This document shows, one piece after another, positions 7,771-17,725 of a DNA stretch of 26,664 nt; positions within the stretch are counted from its first letter, which is position 1, and each line of letters begins with the position of its first letter. Made by a program: the position numbers and the translations under genes. Location: assembly GCA_023818785.1 (NCBI GenBank), contig JAMWCO010000001.1, positions 1 through 26,664 of the forward strand, in the 5' to 3' direction. Source of the DNA: Candidatus Omnitrophota bacterium. Its GTDB lineage: Bacteria; Ratteibacteria; UBA8468; B48-G9; JAFGKM01. The notes under the pieces were generated by a model, which was given only the letters and a program-made list of their open reading frames with translations, was not told the origin of the DNA and did no database searches.

Positions 7771-8879
7771 TTTATATGAATAATCACTTCTTCTATATCT
7801 TTTTGAACACTTATATCTCTACATATTCTTAATAAAATACCAAATGCAATTAAATGAACAATTAAAGATGAACCACCCACACTGAAAAATGGTAAAGTTG
7901 TTCCTTTTGGAGGCAATATGCGAAGAACAACTCCTGCATGGAGTAAAAATTGAACTCCGAATAAAATACTTATTCCAGAAGAAATTACTTTATCAAATCT
8001 ATCCATACATAGTTTTGAAATTTCAAGACCACAAAATAAAATGATAGAAAATAGAATAAGAACTCCAATCGCTCCAACAAATCCAAGTTCTTCTCCAACT
8101 ACTGCATATACAAAATCTTTATGTATTTCAGGAACATATCTTAACTTTCTTATCCCTGCTCCAAGACCTTTCCCAAAAAAGCCCCCAGAACTTATAGAAA
8201 TTATAGACTGCTCTACTTGATAATCTCTTCCAAGAACATCTTTCTTTTTATCAAAAAATCCTTTAATCCTTTCTATTCTGTAAGGAAAAAGTAAGATTAA
8301 ACCAATTATAAGAAGTAAAAGAAAACTTCCAAAGATAAAAATATATCTCATTTTTAATCCACATAAAAATAAAATACTTATAAATACTAAAGTAATAATA
8401 ATAAAAGTTCCTAAATCCTTCTGTAATTGCAAAATACCCATTATTATTAGCCATAAAATTAATGGAATTAAAAGAACTTTAATATTATTTACCTGCCAAT
8501 TCTTCTTTTTTAAAAAACTAGATAAATATATTATAAATGAGAGTTTTAAAAACTCAGATGGTTGAAAAGATATAGGACCTATTCTTGCCCATCTTAATCC
8601 ACCCTGTATAATTGGTAAAAGTGAAAGTAAAAAAGTAAAAACAAATATAATAAATGAGTATTTTTCTAACTTTTTCATATTAAGTCTCTGGATAAGATAA
8701 AAAAATATAAATCCTAAAATAAGATAGATAATATGTTTTTCAAAATAAAAAATTGGATTATTTTTTTCAAGCCCATAAGAAAAACTTGAACTTAAAACAA
8801 ATACAGTTCCAAATAAGATTAGTAAAATCCCAGAAATATAAATATTATAATAAAGTAAAAACTTCTTTTTTGAAAACAT
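7767..8879 (-). CDS. ftsW: SEDS-family peptidoglycan glycosyltransferase FtsW
   Basis: RWARIGPISFQPSEFLK, LQKDLGT, YRIERI, DYQ..QS, G.FGKGLG, PE.HKDF and LPFFSVGGSS motifs; position after murD. Start placed at MFSKKK (8879). Confidence 0.92.
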   Translation of the reverse strand: MFSKKKFLLYYNIYISGILLILFGTVFVLSSSFSYGLEKNNPIFYFEKHIIYLILGFIFFYLIQRLNMKKLEKYSFIIFVFTFLLSLLPIIQGGLRWARIGPISFQPSEFLKLSFIIYLSSFLKKKNWQVNNIKVLLIPLILWLIIMGILQLQKDLGTFIIITLVFISILFLCGLKMRYIFIFGSFLLLLIIGLILLFPYRIERIKGFFDKKKDVLGRDYQVEQSIISISSGGFFGKGLGAGIRKLRYVPEIHKDFVYAVVGEELGFVGAIGVLILFSIILFCGLEISKLCMDRFDKVISSGISILFGVQFLLHAGVVLRILPPKGTTLPFFSVGGSSLIVHLIAFGILLRICRDISVQKDIEEVIIHIK

Positions 8880-10200
8880 CTCCTCTTTCCTTATAATTTT
8901 TAAACATATCAAAAGAAGAACATCCTGGAGAAAAAAGAACAATATCTCCTTTCTTGCCTACTTTTTTTGCCAGATATACAGATTCTTTTAAATCTTTAAC
9001 AAATTCCATAGGTATATTTAGTGATTTAAGTTCATTTTTTATTCTTTCTTTTGCTTCTCCAAGTAAAATTATAAACTTAACTTTATTTCTTAAATACCTT
9101 TTCAATTGAGAATAAGGGAAACCTTTATCCTTCCCCCCAAGAATCAAAATTATCCTATTTTCGTCTTCTATACTTAAAACTGAATTTTTAACAGAATGTG
9201 GATTTGTTGATTTAGAATCATTTATAAAGATAATACCATCAATCTCTGCAACTTTTTCCATCCTATGAGGTAATGGTTCAAAATTTTCTAATGTTTTTCT
9301 TATAATATCAGGTTTAATTCCACAAATAACAGAAATTAAAGAAGCAGCCATTATATTTTGAATATTCCCCTTCCCTTTAAGTTTTATATTTCTTGTTTCT
9401 ATCAATATACTGTCGTTTAAGTTTAGAAATATATTGTCATTTTTATAATATGCTCCTTTTAAAATATGTGAAAAACTGAAAAATATTTTTTTACTTTTAA
9501 TCTCCTTTAAAAATCTTTTTGTATAATAGTCATCAAAGTTTAAAATGCTAAAATCATTCTCATTCTGATTTTCAAAAATTCTCTTCTTTGCAGAAATATA
9601 TTCATCCATATTTGAATATCTATCAAGATGGTCATAATCTATATTTAGAAGGCAGGCAATATATGGTTTAAATTCTTTTATCTTTTCAAGTTGGAAACTG
9701 CTTACTTCAAGAATAATCCATGTATTTTCATCAATATTTTCAATTTCACCTATAAAAGTATTTCCTATATTCCCACAAACAACATAATGATAATTTGCAT
9801 TTTTAAATATTTCACCAACTAAAGTTGTTGTTGTTGTTTTACCATTTGTTCCTGTTATTCCTATTATTTTTTTACTTTTTGAAAAACTATATGCAAGTTC
9901 AATTTCACTAATAACAGGGATACCCTTTTCTCTCAGAAATTTTAAAATTTCTATTTTTTCGTCAATACCAGGACTTATAACAACCATATCAACTTTTTTA
10001 AAAAATTCTGGAGAATGATTCCCAATTTCAATTTTAGCACCATTTTTTTTCAATATTTCAATCTTTTCTTTTAAATCCTCATTGCAATTTTTTTCAGAAA
10101 TGTAAACATTAGCACCTTTTTTAAGTAAAAAAATAGCAGTATCAAATCCAGTTATCCCAAGACCAATAATTCCAAATTTTTTATCTTTTATTTCTATCAT
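8845..10200 (-). CDS. murD: UDP-N-acetylmuramoyl-L-alanine--D-glutamate ligase
   Basis: GLGITG, VISPGI, ISEIEL, ITGTNGKTTTT, GNIG, EVSSFQL, DHLDRY, K..IF, HR.E, NDSKSTN, GG.DKG and SPGCSSFDMF motifs. Start at 10200 gives an ATGA overlap with the mraY stop. Confidence 0.96.
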   Translation of the reverse strand: MIEIKDKKFGIIGLGITGFDTAIFLLKKGANVYISEKNCNEDLKEKIEILKKNGAKIEIGNHSPEFFKKVDMVVISPGIDEKIEILKFLREKGIPVISEIELAYSFSKSKKIIGITGTNGKTTTTTLVGEIFKNANYHYVVCGNIGNTFIGEIENIDENTWIILEVSSFQLEKIKEFKPYIACLLNIDYDHLDRYSNMDEYISAKKRIFENQNENDFSILNFDDYYTKRFLKEIKSKKIFFSFSHILKGAYYKNDNIFLNLNDSILIETRNIKLKGKGNIQNIMAASLISVICGIKPDIIRKTLENFEPLPHRMEKVAEIDGIIFINDSKSTNPHSVKNSVLSIEDENRIILILGGKDKGFPYSQLKRYLRNKVKFIILLGEAKERIKNELKSLNIPMEFVKDLKESVYLAKKVGKKGDIVLFSPGCSSFDMFKNYKERGDVFKKEVFTLL

Positions 10201-11267
10201 CTTATTTTTAAAGTCATAATTGTAAATAAAGCAAGGATTATTCCTACAATCCAAAATCTAATAACAACTTTTGACTCATGAATTCCTTTAAGTTCAAAGT
10301 GATGATGAATAGGAGTCATCAAAAAAATTCTTTTTTTCCTACTTTTAAAGGAAATAACTTGTATTATAACTGATAATGCTTCAACCAGAAATATTCCACC
10401 AACAAAAATTAAAGACAATTCCTGTTTTACTATTATTGCAAGAAGTCCAACAATTCCACCAAGAGGTAAAGAACCAGTATCTCCCATAAAGATTTCTGCA
10501 GGATAACAATTAAACCATAAAAATCCAAGACATGAACCAATCAATCCAGCAGTAAAAACAGTTGCCTCTTCTGCTCCTTTTACAAAAGGAACATTAAGGT
10601 AATTTGCAAATTTTATATTACTTACTATATATGAAATTATTGCATATGCAAGTCCAACAGTTAAAATTAAACCAATAGCAAGACCATCCATACCATCTGT
10701 TAAATTAACAGCATTTGATGTTGCTACTATAATAAAAACTGTAAAAAGAATGAAATATTCACCAAGTGGTATTATAATTTTTTTAAAGAAAGGGAGGTAA
10801 AGACAAGTATTAAAATTTAATTTTTCATTATAAACAAGAACCAAACCAATGATAAATCCAACAATTATTTGTCCAATAATTTTAAAAAGAGGTCTTATTC
10901 CTTTATATGACTGATATTTTAATTTTGTATAATCATCTAAAAAACCAATAAATCCTAAAAATATAGTCAGAAATACAAGTAAAATAATATAAGTATTTCT
11001 AAAATCAGCCCATAAGATAGTAGAAACCAATAAACTCCCAAGGATTAAAAAACCACCCATTGTTGGTGTATTCTCTTTTCTTTCTTCTCTAAAATCAAAC
11101 ATATTAGGATGGCAGAAATTTTTAAGTTTATTTATTATTTTTCTTCCAAATAGAAGAGAAAATATAAGGGAAGTAAATGTTGCAAGACAAGCACGGACTG
11201 TTACATATCTGAATATGTTAAAACCAAACCATAAATCGGTTAAAGAATATAAAAGTTTATATAACAT
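10197..11267 (-). CDS. mraY: Phospho-N-acetylmuramoyl-pentapeptide transferase
   Basis: TPTMGG, GFLDDY.K, SNAVNLTDGMDGL, GFLWFN.YPA.IFMGDTGS, VEALSVIIQV and PIHHHFE motifs. Confidence 0.96.
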   Translation of the reverse strand: MLYKLLYSLTDLWFGFNIFRYVTVRACLATFTSLIFSLLFGRKIINKLKNFCHPNMFDFREERKENTPTMGGFLILGSLLVSTILWADFRNTYIILLVFLTIFLGFIGFLDDYTKLKYQSYKGIRPLFKIIGQIIVGFIIGLVLVYNEKLNFNTCLYLPFFKKIIIPLGEYFILFTVFIIVATSNAVNLTDGMDGLAIGLILTVGLAYAIISYIVSNIKFANYLNVPFVKGAEEATVFTAGLIGSCLGFLWFNCYPAEIFMGDTGSLPLGGIVGLLAIIVKQELSLIFVGGIFLVEALSVIIQVISFKSRKKRIFLMTPIHHHFELKGIHESKVVIRFWIVGIILALFTIMTLKIR

Positions 11268-11269
11268 AA

Positions 11270-12607
11270 TTACATCTCCTTTTTAAGAAATTCTACTATC
11301 TGTTCCATTTTGACAATTCTTGAACCTTTTATCAATATCGCATCTTCTTTTCTTATTTTATTTTTTAAGTATTTTTTTAATTTTTCAATTTCAAAAAAAT
11401 GTTTTCCTTTTTTAGATATCTCTGATATTATTTTACTTTTATTTCCATAAGTAAAAACCATATCAATTTTTAAATTTTTAAGCAACTTACCTATATAATA
11501 ATGATAGAAATTAGTAAATTTCCCAAGTTCAGCCATATCTCCTAAAATAGCAATCTTTCTTTTAAAATTTTTTCTTTCAAAACATAAAAGAGAATTTTTT
11601 AATGAATTAGGATTTGAATTGTAACTCTCATCAATTATAAATATATTATTTTTTATAAATTCCCCCCTTCCTGTGAGAGGTTTAATTTTTAAAAAAACAT
11701 CTTCAACAAAATTTTTTGGTATATCAAATTTTTTAGCAAAAGCAATACCAAAAAGTCCAGAATAAATAAAAGATGTATTCCAGAAATTCATTTTATATTT
11801 TTCCCCATTCTCTTCAAAAACAAAAAAATCAAATCCTTCTTCAAGAATTTTACCTTGTATATCACTCTTTTTTTTAACACCTACAGAAATTAAATTTTTA
11901 TTATTTATTTTTCTTTTTAAGTATTCAAAAAAATCACTATCCTTATTCAAAAAAATAATTTTCTCACAAATTAAATTTTTAAAAATCTCTGATTTTGCAT
12001 CTGCTATATCTTTTCTCTTTTTAAAAAAACCAATATGTGCTACTCCTATATTTGTTATAACACAAAAATTTGGTCTTGATATTTTGCTTAAATAATCAAT
12101 CTCTCCCTTTTTATTCATTCCCATTTCAAATATACCAAACTCTGTTTTATTATCTGCATTTAATATTGACAATGGAAGACCTATTTGATTGTTAAAATTA
12201 CCAATTGTTCCTATCGTTTTGAACTTCACTGAAAGAATATCTATTATTATCTCTTTTGTAGTCGTTTTTCCATCACTCCCTGTTATCCCAACTACCTTCA
12301 TATTCAACTTTTGCCTATATTTTTTGCTTATCTCACCAAGTGCAGAGAGTGTATCTTCAACCCTTATTAGAAGATTGAAATTATCTGGATATTTATAAGA
12401 AACAATACAACAACTTGCTCCCTTTTTAAATGCTTCTTTTACAAAACTATGACCATCAAACTTTTCTCCTTTTAATGCTATAAATAATTCACCTTTTTTT
12501 AAAGTCCTTGTATCTGTTGATATACCTTCAATATAAAAATCTATATATTTTTTATTTACTTCCCCTTTACACCAAGATATAATTTCACTCAATTTTATTT
12601 TTTCCAT
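11270..12607 (-). CDS. murF: UDP-N-acetylmuramoyl-tripeptide--D-Ala-D-Ala ligase
   Basis: STDTR, LFIALKGEKFDGH, GITGSDGKTTTKE, NNQIGLP, EMGM, ITNIG.AH, DESYNSNP.S, GDMAELG and KGSR motifs. Confidence 0.95.
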   Translation of the reverse strand: MEKIKLSEIISWCKGEVNKKYIDFYIEGISTDTRTLKKGELFIALKGEKFDGHSFVKEAFKKGASCCIVSYKYPDNFNLLIRVEDTLSALGEISKKYRQKLNMKVVGITGSDGKTTTKEIIIDILSVKFKTIGTIGNFNNQIGLPLSILNADNKTEFGIFEMGMNKKGEIDYLSKISRPNFCVITNIGVAHIGFFKKRKDIADAKSEIFKNLICEKIIFLNKDSDFFEYLKRKINNKNLISVGVKKKSDIQGKILEEGFDFFVFEENGEKYKMNFWNTSFIYSGLFGIAFAKKFDIPKNFVEDVFLKIKPLTGRGEFIKNNIFIIDESYNSNPNSLKNSLLCFERKNFKRKIAILGDMAELGKFTNFYHYYIGKLLKNLKIDMVFTYGNKSKIISEISKKGKHFFEIEKLKKYLKNKIRKEDAILIKGSRIVKMEQIVEFLKKEM

Positions 12608-12609
12608 TT

Positions 12610-14133
12610 TTAAAAAAGTATTTCCTGTTTTTTCTTTTTTAGTATTTCCCTTATTGCCTTTCTTGCTTCTTCTCTATCATCAAATGGTATTGTAACATCT
12701 TTCAATATCTGAAATGCTTCATGTCCTTTCCCTGCAATTACAACACAATCATTCTCTTTTGCCATTGAAATACCTTCATAAATTGCCTGTCTTCTATCTG
12801 GAATTTTTGTATATTTTCTTTTTAAATAGAATGGTATCCCACTTTCAATATCTTTTATTATTTTAAGAGGGTCTTCACTTCTTGGATTATCAGATGTAAT
12901 AATTACATAATCTGCCATTTTAACAGATATTTTCCCCATTAAAGGTCTTTTACTTTTATCTCTATCTCCTCCGCAACCAAAAATAAGAATTATCCTCCTT
13001 GGATTTAAACTTTTTACAGAAAGTAATAAATTCTGTAATGCATGATGAGTATGGGCATAATCAACAATTACTGAAAATTGCTGCCCTTCATTAATAAATT
13101 CAAATCTACCTGGTACATTTTCAATTTTTAAAATAGCATTTTTTACTTTATCAAAAGGTAATTTATAAAGATATGCAAAACTTATTCCTGCAAGTAAATT
13201 ATATACATTCCCAAGTCCACTAATTTTACTTTCAAAATATAGTTTTTCTTTTTCAATTTCAACTTTAACATAATTACCTTCTTTACTTATCCTCCAGTCA
13301 ACAAGTTTAATTTTTGAGTTTTTATTTTTTCCATAAGTTATCCATGGTATTTTCTCTCTTTCGCATGTCTTTATAAAAGTTTTTGAGAATTTTGAATCAA
13401 GGTTAATTATCGCATATTTTTCTTTCTTTTCACTCTCCTTTAAATATTTCTTAAAGAGAAGCAATTTTGTCTGAAGATAATTTTTAAATGTTTTGTGATA
13501 ATCAAGATGCTCATGAGAAGCAATATTTGTAAAAATTCCAACATTAAAATCTATTCCCTCTATTCTTCTCTGATCAATTCCATGCGAAGAGACCTCCATA
13601 ACTACCCATTTACAATTATCCTTTAACATATCTGAAAACATCTCAATTAAATCAAGGGATTCTGGTGTTGTATTTGTAGATATTATTCTTCTTTCACCAA
13701 TCTCATAAAATATTGTTCCAATTAATCCTGATTTTATTCCATTTTCTTTAAGAATTTCCTTAATTATAAAACTTGTTGTTGTTTTACCATTTGTTCCTGT
13801 TATCCCAACTACATTTAACTTTTTTGAAGGAAATTCAAAATAGATATTAGCAATTTCACTTAATGTTTCTTTTGTGTCTTCTACAATAATTTCTGTAACA
13901 TGTGCTGGAACAATTGAAGGTCTTTTACTTACAATTATACATTTTGCACCTCTTTCTATTGCATCATTGATAAAATTATGTCCATCCTGTTTTGTCCCTT
14001 TAATTGCAACAAAAATATAATTTTCTTTAACTTTTCTTGAATCGTAAGCAATACCTTCTATATCATAATTATTCAAATTAGAAACTTTTTTCTTTTTTAT
14101 ATCTTTAATTATCTCTTTTAGTTTCATTTTCAT
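12610..14133 (-). CDS. murE: UDP-N-acetylmuramoyl-L-alanyl-D-glutamate--meso-diaminopimelate ligase
   Basis: DSRKV, GITGTNGKTTT, NTTPES, MEVSSH, PGRFE, VDYAHT, FGCGGDRD..KRP.MG and AGKGHE motifs; the DNPR motif indicates meso-DAP specificity. The start could be 14139, 14133 or 14127. Confidence 0.95.
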   Translation of the reverse strand: MKMKLKEIIKDIKKKKVSNLNNYDIEGIAYDSRKVKENYIFVAIKGTKQDGHNFINDAIERGAKCIIVSKRPSIVPAHVTEIIVEDTKETLSEIANIYFEFPSKKLNVVGITGTNGKTTTSFIIKEILKENGIKSGLIGTIFYEIGERRIISTNTTPESLDLIEMFSDMLKDNCKWVVMEVSSHGIDQRRIEGIDFNVGIFTNIASHEHLDYHKTFKNYLQTKLLLFKKYLKESEKKEKYAIINLDSKFSKTFIKTCEREKIPWITYGKNKNSKIKLVDWRISKEGNYVKVEIEKEKLYFESKISGLGNVYNLLAGISFAYLYKLPFDKVKNAILKIENVPGRFEFINEGQQFSVIVDYAHTHHALQNLLLSVKSLNPRRIILIFGCGGDRDKSKRPLMGKISVKMADYVIITSDNPRSEDPLKIIKDIESGIPFYLKRKYTKIPDRRQAIYEGISMAKENDCVVIAGKGHEAFQILKDVTIPFDDREEARKAIREILKKKKQEILF

Positions 14134-15886
14134 AAGCAATTTTTACATCTACTTCAGGAGGTATTTGATAATAATTTATTATTCTAATAAGTATATTTCT
14201 AAAAAGAGGAGCAGCAACAACACCTCCATAATATGCACCAGAAGGTTCGTCAATATTTACTGAAATTGCAATATTCTTTTTATAACTCAATAAAAATCCA
14301 ACAAATGAAGATACATATTTCCCTTTTACATAAGTACCACCAATAGATTTTTGAGCAGTTCCAGTTTTACCATATATCCTATATCCTTCAATACCAGCAG
14401 ATGGTGCTGTTCCTTCAGGTCCAACTACTCTTTTTAAAATATCTCTCATTATAGAAATTGTATTATGAGAGAAAATAACTTCTTTTTCATTTTTATAATT
14501 TTTTATTTCAATCGGCTCTTTACCTCTTATCTCCTTTATAACATGTGGTTTTACAAGATAACCCCCATTAGCAAAAACAGAAATTGCTCTTATACTGTGA
14601 ATAGAATTTATACCTACTTCCTGACCTATAGGAATTGCTGTTATTGAATAAGGACTCCATTTTTCTAATCGTCTAAAAATGCCTGCTGTTTCTCCTGGTA
14701 AGTCAATTCCTGTCTTTTCTCCAAAATAAAATTTTTTACAATACTGATATAATTTTTCTTCACCAAGAGCCATTGCTATCTTTACAGTCCCTATATTACT
14801 TGATTTTTCTACCACTTCAGCAAATGTTAAAAGACCATAAGGATGAACATCATGTAAGTAATGATTTCTTACAAACCATTTTCCATTTTCACACATTATA
14901 ACTGATGATGGAGTAAAAAGATTTTCTTCAATTGCAGAAGCAGCAGTAACAATCTTAAATATAGAACCTGGTTCAAAAAGGTCGGTTACACATTTATTTC
15001 TTATGATTGAAAAATCTATTTGAGAATCCCTCTCATTAGGATTATAATTTGGATAATTGGCAAGTGCAAGTATTTCTCCATTTTCAGGGTCCATAACAAC
15101 AACAGATATATTTTTAGGATTAAACTTTTGGTCCCATTTTTTTATTTCCTCTTCAACAATAAATTGAATATTTGAATCAATTGTTAAAACAATATCTTGA
15201 CCTTTTTCCTCTTTTATTAATACTTTTTTTATAGAAGGTATTAAGTTGCCAAGCCCATCTTTCAAAACTAAATATAAGCCATCTTTACCTTTTAAAAATG
15301 AATTATAAAAATATTCAACACCTTCTTGTCCATTCCTTTCTATATCAGTATAACCAAGAATATGGCAAGCATGACTCTCATAAGGATAAACTCTTTTATA
15401 TCCTTTCTCATAATAAATACCTTTTATTTTTAAATCTTTAATTTTTTTATATTCTTCAAAACTGACATTTCTTTTAATTAGAGAATAAGATTGGTTCATT
15501 TTTTCTTCTATTTGCTTTTTTTCTATATTAAGTATTTCTGATAAATAATTTTTAAACTCTTGTAGATAATAAGGATTTTCTTTTTGTAGGTACTTTATCA
15601 TCCATGTATCAAAATAAAGGTTACAAGAAGGTATATCAAAAGCAAGTAGTTTACCATTCCTATCAAAAATTTTTCCTCTTTCAGCAGGAACTTTTATTTT
15701 ACTATATCCTGTTTTCCATCCTATCTTTACATATTGAAATTGATTTATTATTTGTAAATAAAAAAGGCGTGAAAATATAATAAAGAAAATAATAAAAAAA
15801 ATAAATTTTGTATATTTTAATCTTATCTCAAAAATATTACTTTGTTCCTGCTTCAAGAACTTCGGTCTCTTTAATACTCTTTTCAT
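14105..15886 (-). CDS. ftsI: Class B penicillin-binding protein (FtsI/PBP3 type)
   Basis: N-terminal TM helix, RG.IFDRNG, R.YP, G.EG.E, LTID..IQ, EPGSIFK (SxxK), KSSN (SxN) and GKTGTAQK (KTG); dcw position. Exact start uncertain. Confidence 0.93.
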   Translation of the reverse strand: MKRVLKRPKFLKQEQSNIFEIRLKYTKFIFFIIFFIIFSRLFYLQIINQFQYVKIGWKTGYSKIKVPAERGKIFDRNGKLLAFDIPSCNLYFDTWMIKYLQKENPYYLQEFKNYLSEILNIEKKQIEEKMNQSYSLIKRNVSFEEYKKIKDLKIKGIYYEKGYKRVYPYESHACHILGYTDIERNGQEGVEYFYNSFLKGKDGLYLVLKDGLGNLIPSIKKVLIKEEKGQDIVLTIDSNIQFIVEEEIKKWDQKFNPKNISVVVMDPENGEILALANYPNYNPNERDSQIDFSIIRNKCVTDLFEPGSIFKIVTAASAIEENLFTPSSVIMCENGKWFVRNHYLHDVHPYGLLTFAEVVEKSSNIGTVKIAMALGEEKLYQYCKKFYFGEKTGIDLPGETAGIFRRLEKWSPYSITAIPIGQEVGINSIHSIRAISVFANGGYLVKPHVIKEIRGKEPIEIKNYKNEKEVIFSHNTISIMRDILKRVVGPEGTAPSAGIEGYRIYGKTGTAQKSIGGTYVKGKYVSSFVGFLLSYKKNIAISVNIDEPSGAYYGGVVAAPLFRNILIRIINYYQIPPEVDVKIAYENETKRDN

Positions 15887-16166
15887 CCTCTTTCCTTATT
15901 TCTATAAAATTCCAATTTTGAGGAATACAAAGTTCAATATTTTTCTCTTTTGCTATCTTTTTTAAATTTTCAGGTGTAATAAGTTTAATAAATTCAAGAT
16001 TATAACTTTTATTCAGCATATTTAACATTTCATATTCTTCTTTCAATTTTTCAGTCTTATAACCAATATATAGAATCTTTAAATATAAAAGTACATAAAT
16101 AATAAGATAACAACCAGTTATAGAAATAAAGAAAAAGTTCCTCAATTTTGCTTTATTTTTTCTCAT
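15837..16166 (-). CDS. ftsL: Probable cell division protein FtsL
   Basis: 109 aa with a short basic N-terminus, one TM helix and a coiled-coil-like segment ending in L.TPENL..IA; located between rsmH and ftsI. The call rests mainly on synteny and topology. Confidence 0.7.
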   Translation of the reverse strand: MRKNKAKLRNFFFISITGCYLIIYVLLYLKILYIGYKTEKLKEEYEMLNMLNKSYNLEFIKLITPENLKKIAKEKNIELCIPQNWNFIEIRKEDEKSIKETEVLEAGTK

Positions 16167-17053
16167 TTTCTTTCTCCAACCCTTAATTTTGCACTTCTAC
16201 TTAAAGGATTCTCTTTTATTTCTTCTATTGTAGGAGTAATTGGTTTTTTTGTAAGAACTCTAATCTCTTCTCTTTCTTTGAAAAATTTCTTAACAATCCT
16301 ATCTTCGAGTGAATTAAAACTTATAACAAGGATTCTTCCTTCTTTTTTAATAAAATTTAATGATTTTTCAAGACCTTTTTTCAGACAATTAAGTTCATCA
16401 TTAACTGCAATTCTCAATGCAAGAAAAAATCTTGTTGCAGGATGTATTTTTTTCCTTTCTCTAAAATTATCAGATATAAAATCAGCAAATTCTTTTGTGG
16501 TCTCAAACTTTTTCTTTTTTCTCCTTTCTATAATTTTATCAACTATTTTCTCACAATTTTTAATCTCTCCATAATTTTTAAATATATAAATCAAATCATT
16601 CCTATGCCAAGAATTTAAAATATCATATGCCTTTAAATTTGAATTTCTATCATATCTCATATCAAGATAACCATCTATCTGAAAACTGAAACCCCTTTCA
16701 CCATCTTTTATATGTAATTTTGAAAAACCTAAATCAAAAAGAAGACCATCAATCTCTTTTATATCTTCTTTTTTTAAAATTTCTTCTAAGTTTTCAAAAC
16801 CACCTTTAATTAACTTAAAATTTCTAAAATACTTTAAATTTTCTCTCGCAATCTCTATCATCTTTTCATCTTTATCAATGCATATCAAAAATATATTTTT
16901 CCCAGAAGAAAGTAAATACTTACTATGTCCACCAGTTCCTGTTGTACAATCTACATATATTCCATTTTCTTTTAAATTTATCCATTTCAATACTTCATCT
17001 TTTAAAACTGGAAAATGTTCTTCATTCAAGAATTTTTTCTGAGATTTCTCCAT
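16163..17053 (-). CDS. rsmH: 16S rRNA m4C1402 methyltransferase
   Basis: H.PVL..EV, YVDCT.GTGGHS, LFDLGFS, GFSF..DG.LDMR, HPATRFF.ALRIAVNDEL, ISFNSLEDRIVK and NP.SRSAKLR motifs. Confidence 0.96.
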   Translation of the reverse strand: MEKSQKKFLNEEHFPVLKDEVLKWINLKENGIYVDCTTGTGGHSKYLLSSGKNIFLICIDKDEKMIEIARENLKYFRNFKLIKGGFENLEEILKKEDIKEIDGLLFDLGFSKLHIKDGERGFSFQIDGYLDMRYDRNSNLKAYDILNSWHRNDLIYIFKNYGEIKNCEKIVDKIIERRKKKKFETTKEFADFISDNFRERKKIHPATRFFLALRIAVNDELNCLKKGLEKSLNFIKKEGRILVISFNSLEDRIVKKFFKEREEIRVLTKKPITPTIEEIKENPLSRSAKLRVGERK

Positions 17054-17456
17054 AGTATGGAAAATATTTATTATAAAAATTTTCCCATTCTAATTCATCC
17101 CATACCTCTATCCTTTTACCAGCACCAGATATAACAATATTCTCTTTTATTCCAGCATACTCAATGAGTTGTAAAGGTATTAAAACTCTTCCTTGTTTGT
17201 CAATCTTGCCTTTGAAAGAACCAGAATAGAATAGTCGCGTAAATATCCTTGGATTACCTTTTGTAAAGGAGAGTTCATTAATTTTTTCACATTGCTCTTC
17301 AAAAGTCTTCTCTGTAAAAATAAAAAGACATTTTTCAATCCCTTTTGTTATGTAAATAATATCTCCTTCTTTTTTTATCAACTGCCTCAACTTAGAAGGG
17401 ATTACAATTCTCCCTTGTTTATCAATTTTACTCCTATATTCACCAAAATATACCAT
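17022..17456 (-). CDS. mraZ: Division/cell wall cluster transcriptional repressor MraZ
   Basis: FGEY..KIDKQGRIVIPSK.R, KGIEKCL and second repeat DKQGRVLIP..L..YAGI....V..G....IEVW. Confidence 0.96.
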   Translation of the reverse strand: MVYFGEYRSKIDKQGRIVIPSKLRQLIKKEGDIIYITKGIEKCLFIFTEKTFEEQCEKINELSFTKGNPRIFTRLFYSGSFKGKIDKQGRVLIPLQLIEYAGIKENIVISGAGKRIEVWDELEWENFYNKYFPYYGEISEKILE

Positions 17457-17474
17457 TTTATACCTTTTTTATAA

Positions 17475-17503
17475 ATTAAATATCCTTTTTTTTATTTTGT
17501 CAA
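17475..17503 (-). promoter_or_regulatory. Putative Pmra sigma70 promoter
   Basis: Perfect TTGACA (17503-17498), 17-nt spacer, TTTAAT (17480-17475), just upstream of mraZ; AAGG SD before the ATG. Confidence 0.65.
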
Positions 17504-17725
17504 GTCAAATTGCCAATAATTTTAAACTCTTTGAGTATCAATCTTTTTAGATTTTTTAATTTTCACAACTTACTAATTTTGAACAAATTTTTACTAAAGT
17601 TCTTAAAAACCAAAATCTCTGTAAAACTTTCTGTTTTATTTCTTCACTACAAATTAAAAGGAAAAAATAAGAGATAATATAGATAAGTCAATAAGTTAGA
17701 AAATATTTATAAAAGGGTTAGTTTG

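Noticed and set aside
7868-7890. FtsW motif SVGGSS instead of SYGGSS
   Set aside because: This position varies among SEDS proteins, and the catalytic Asp segment (PE.HKDF) is intact.
17457-17725. Small RNA, CRISPR repeat or replication origin in the 269-nt AT-rich gap
   Set aside because: Only 4-bp hairpins are present, with no regularly spaced repeats, no DnaA-box cluster and no stable GC-containing stems.
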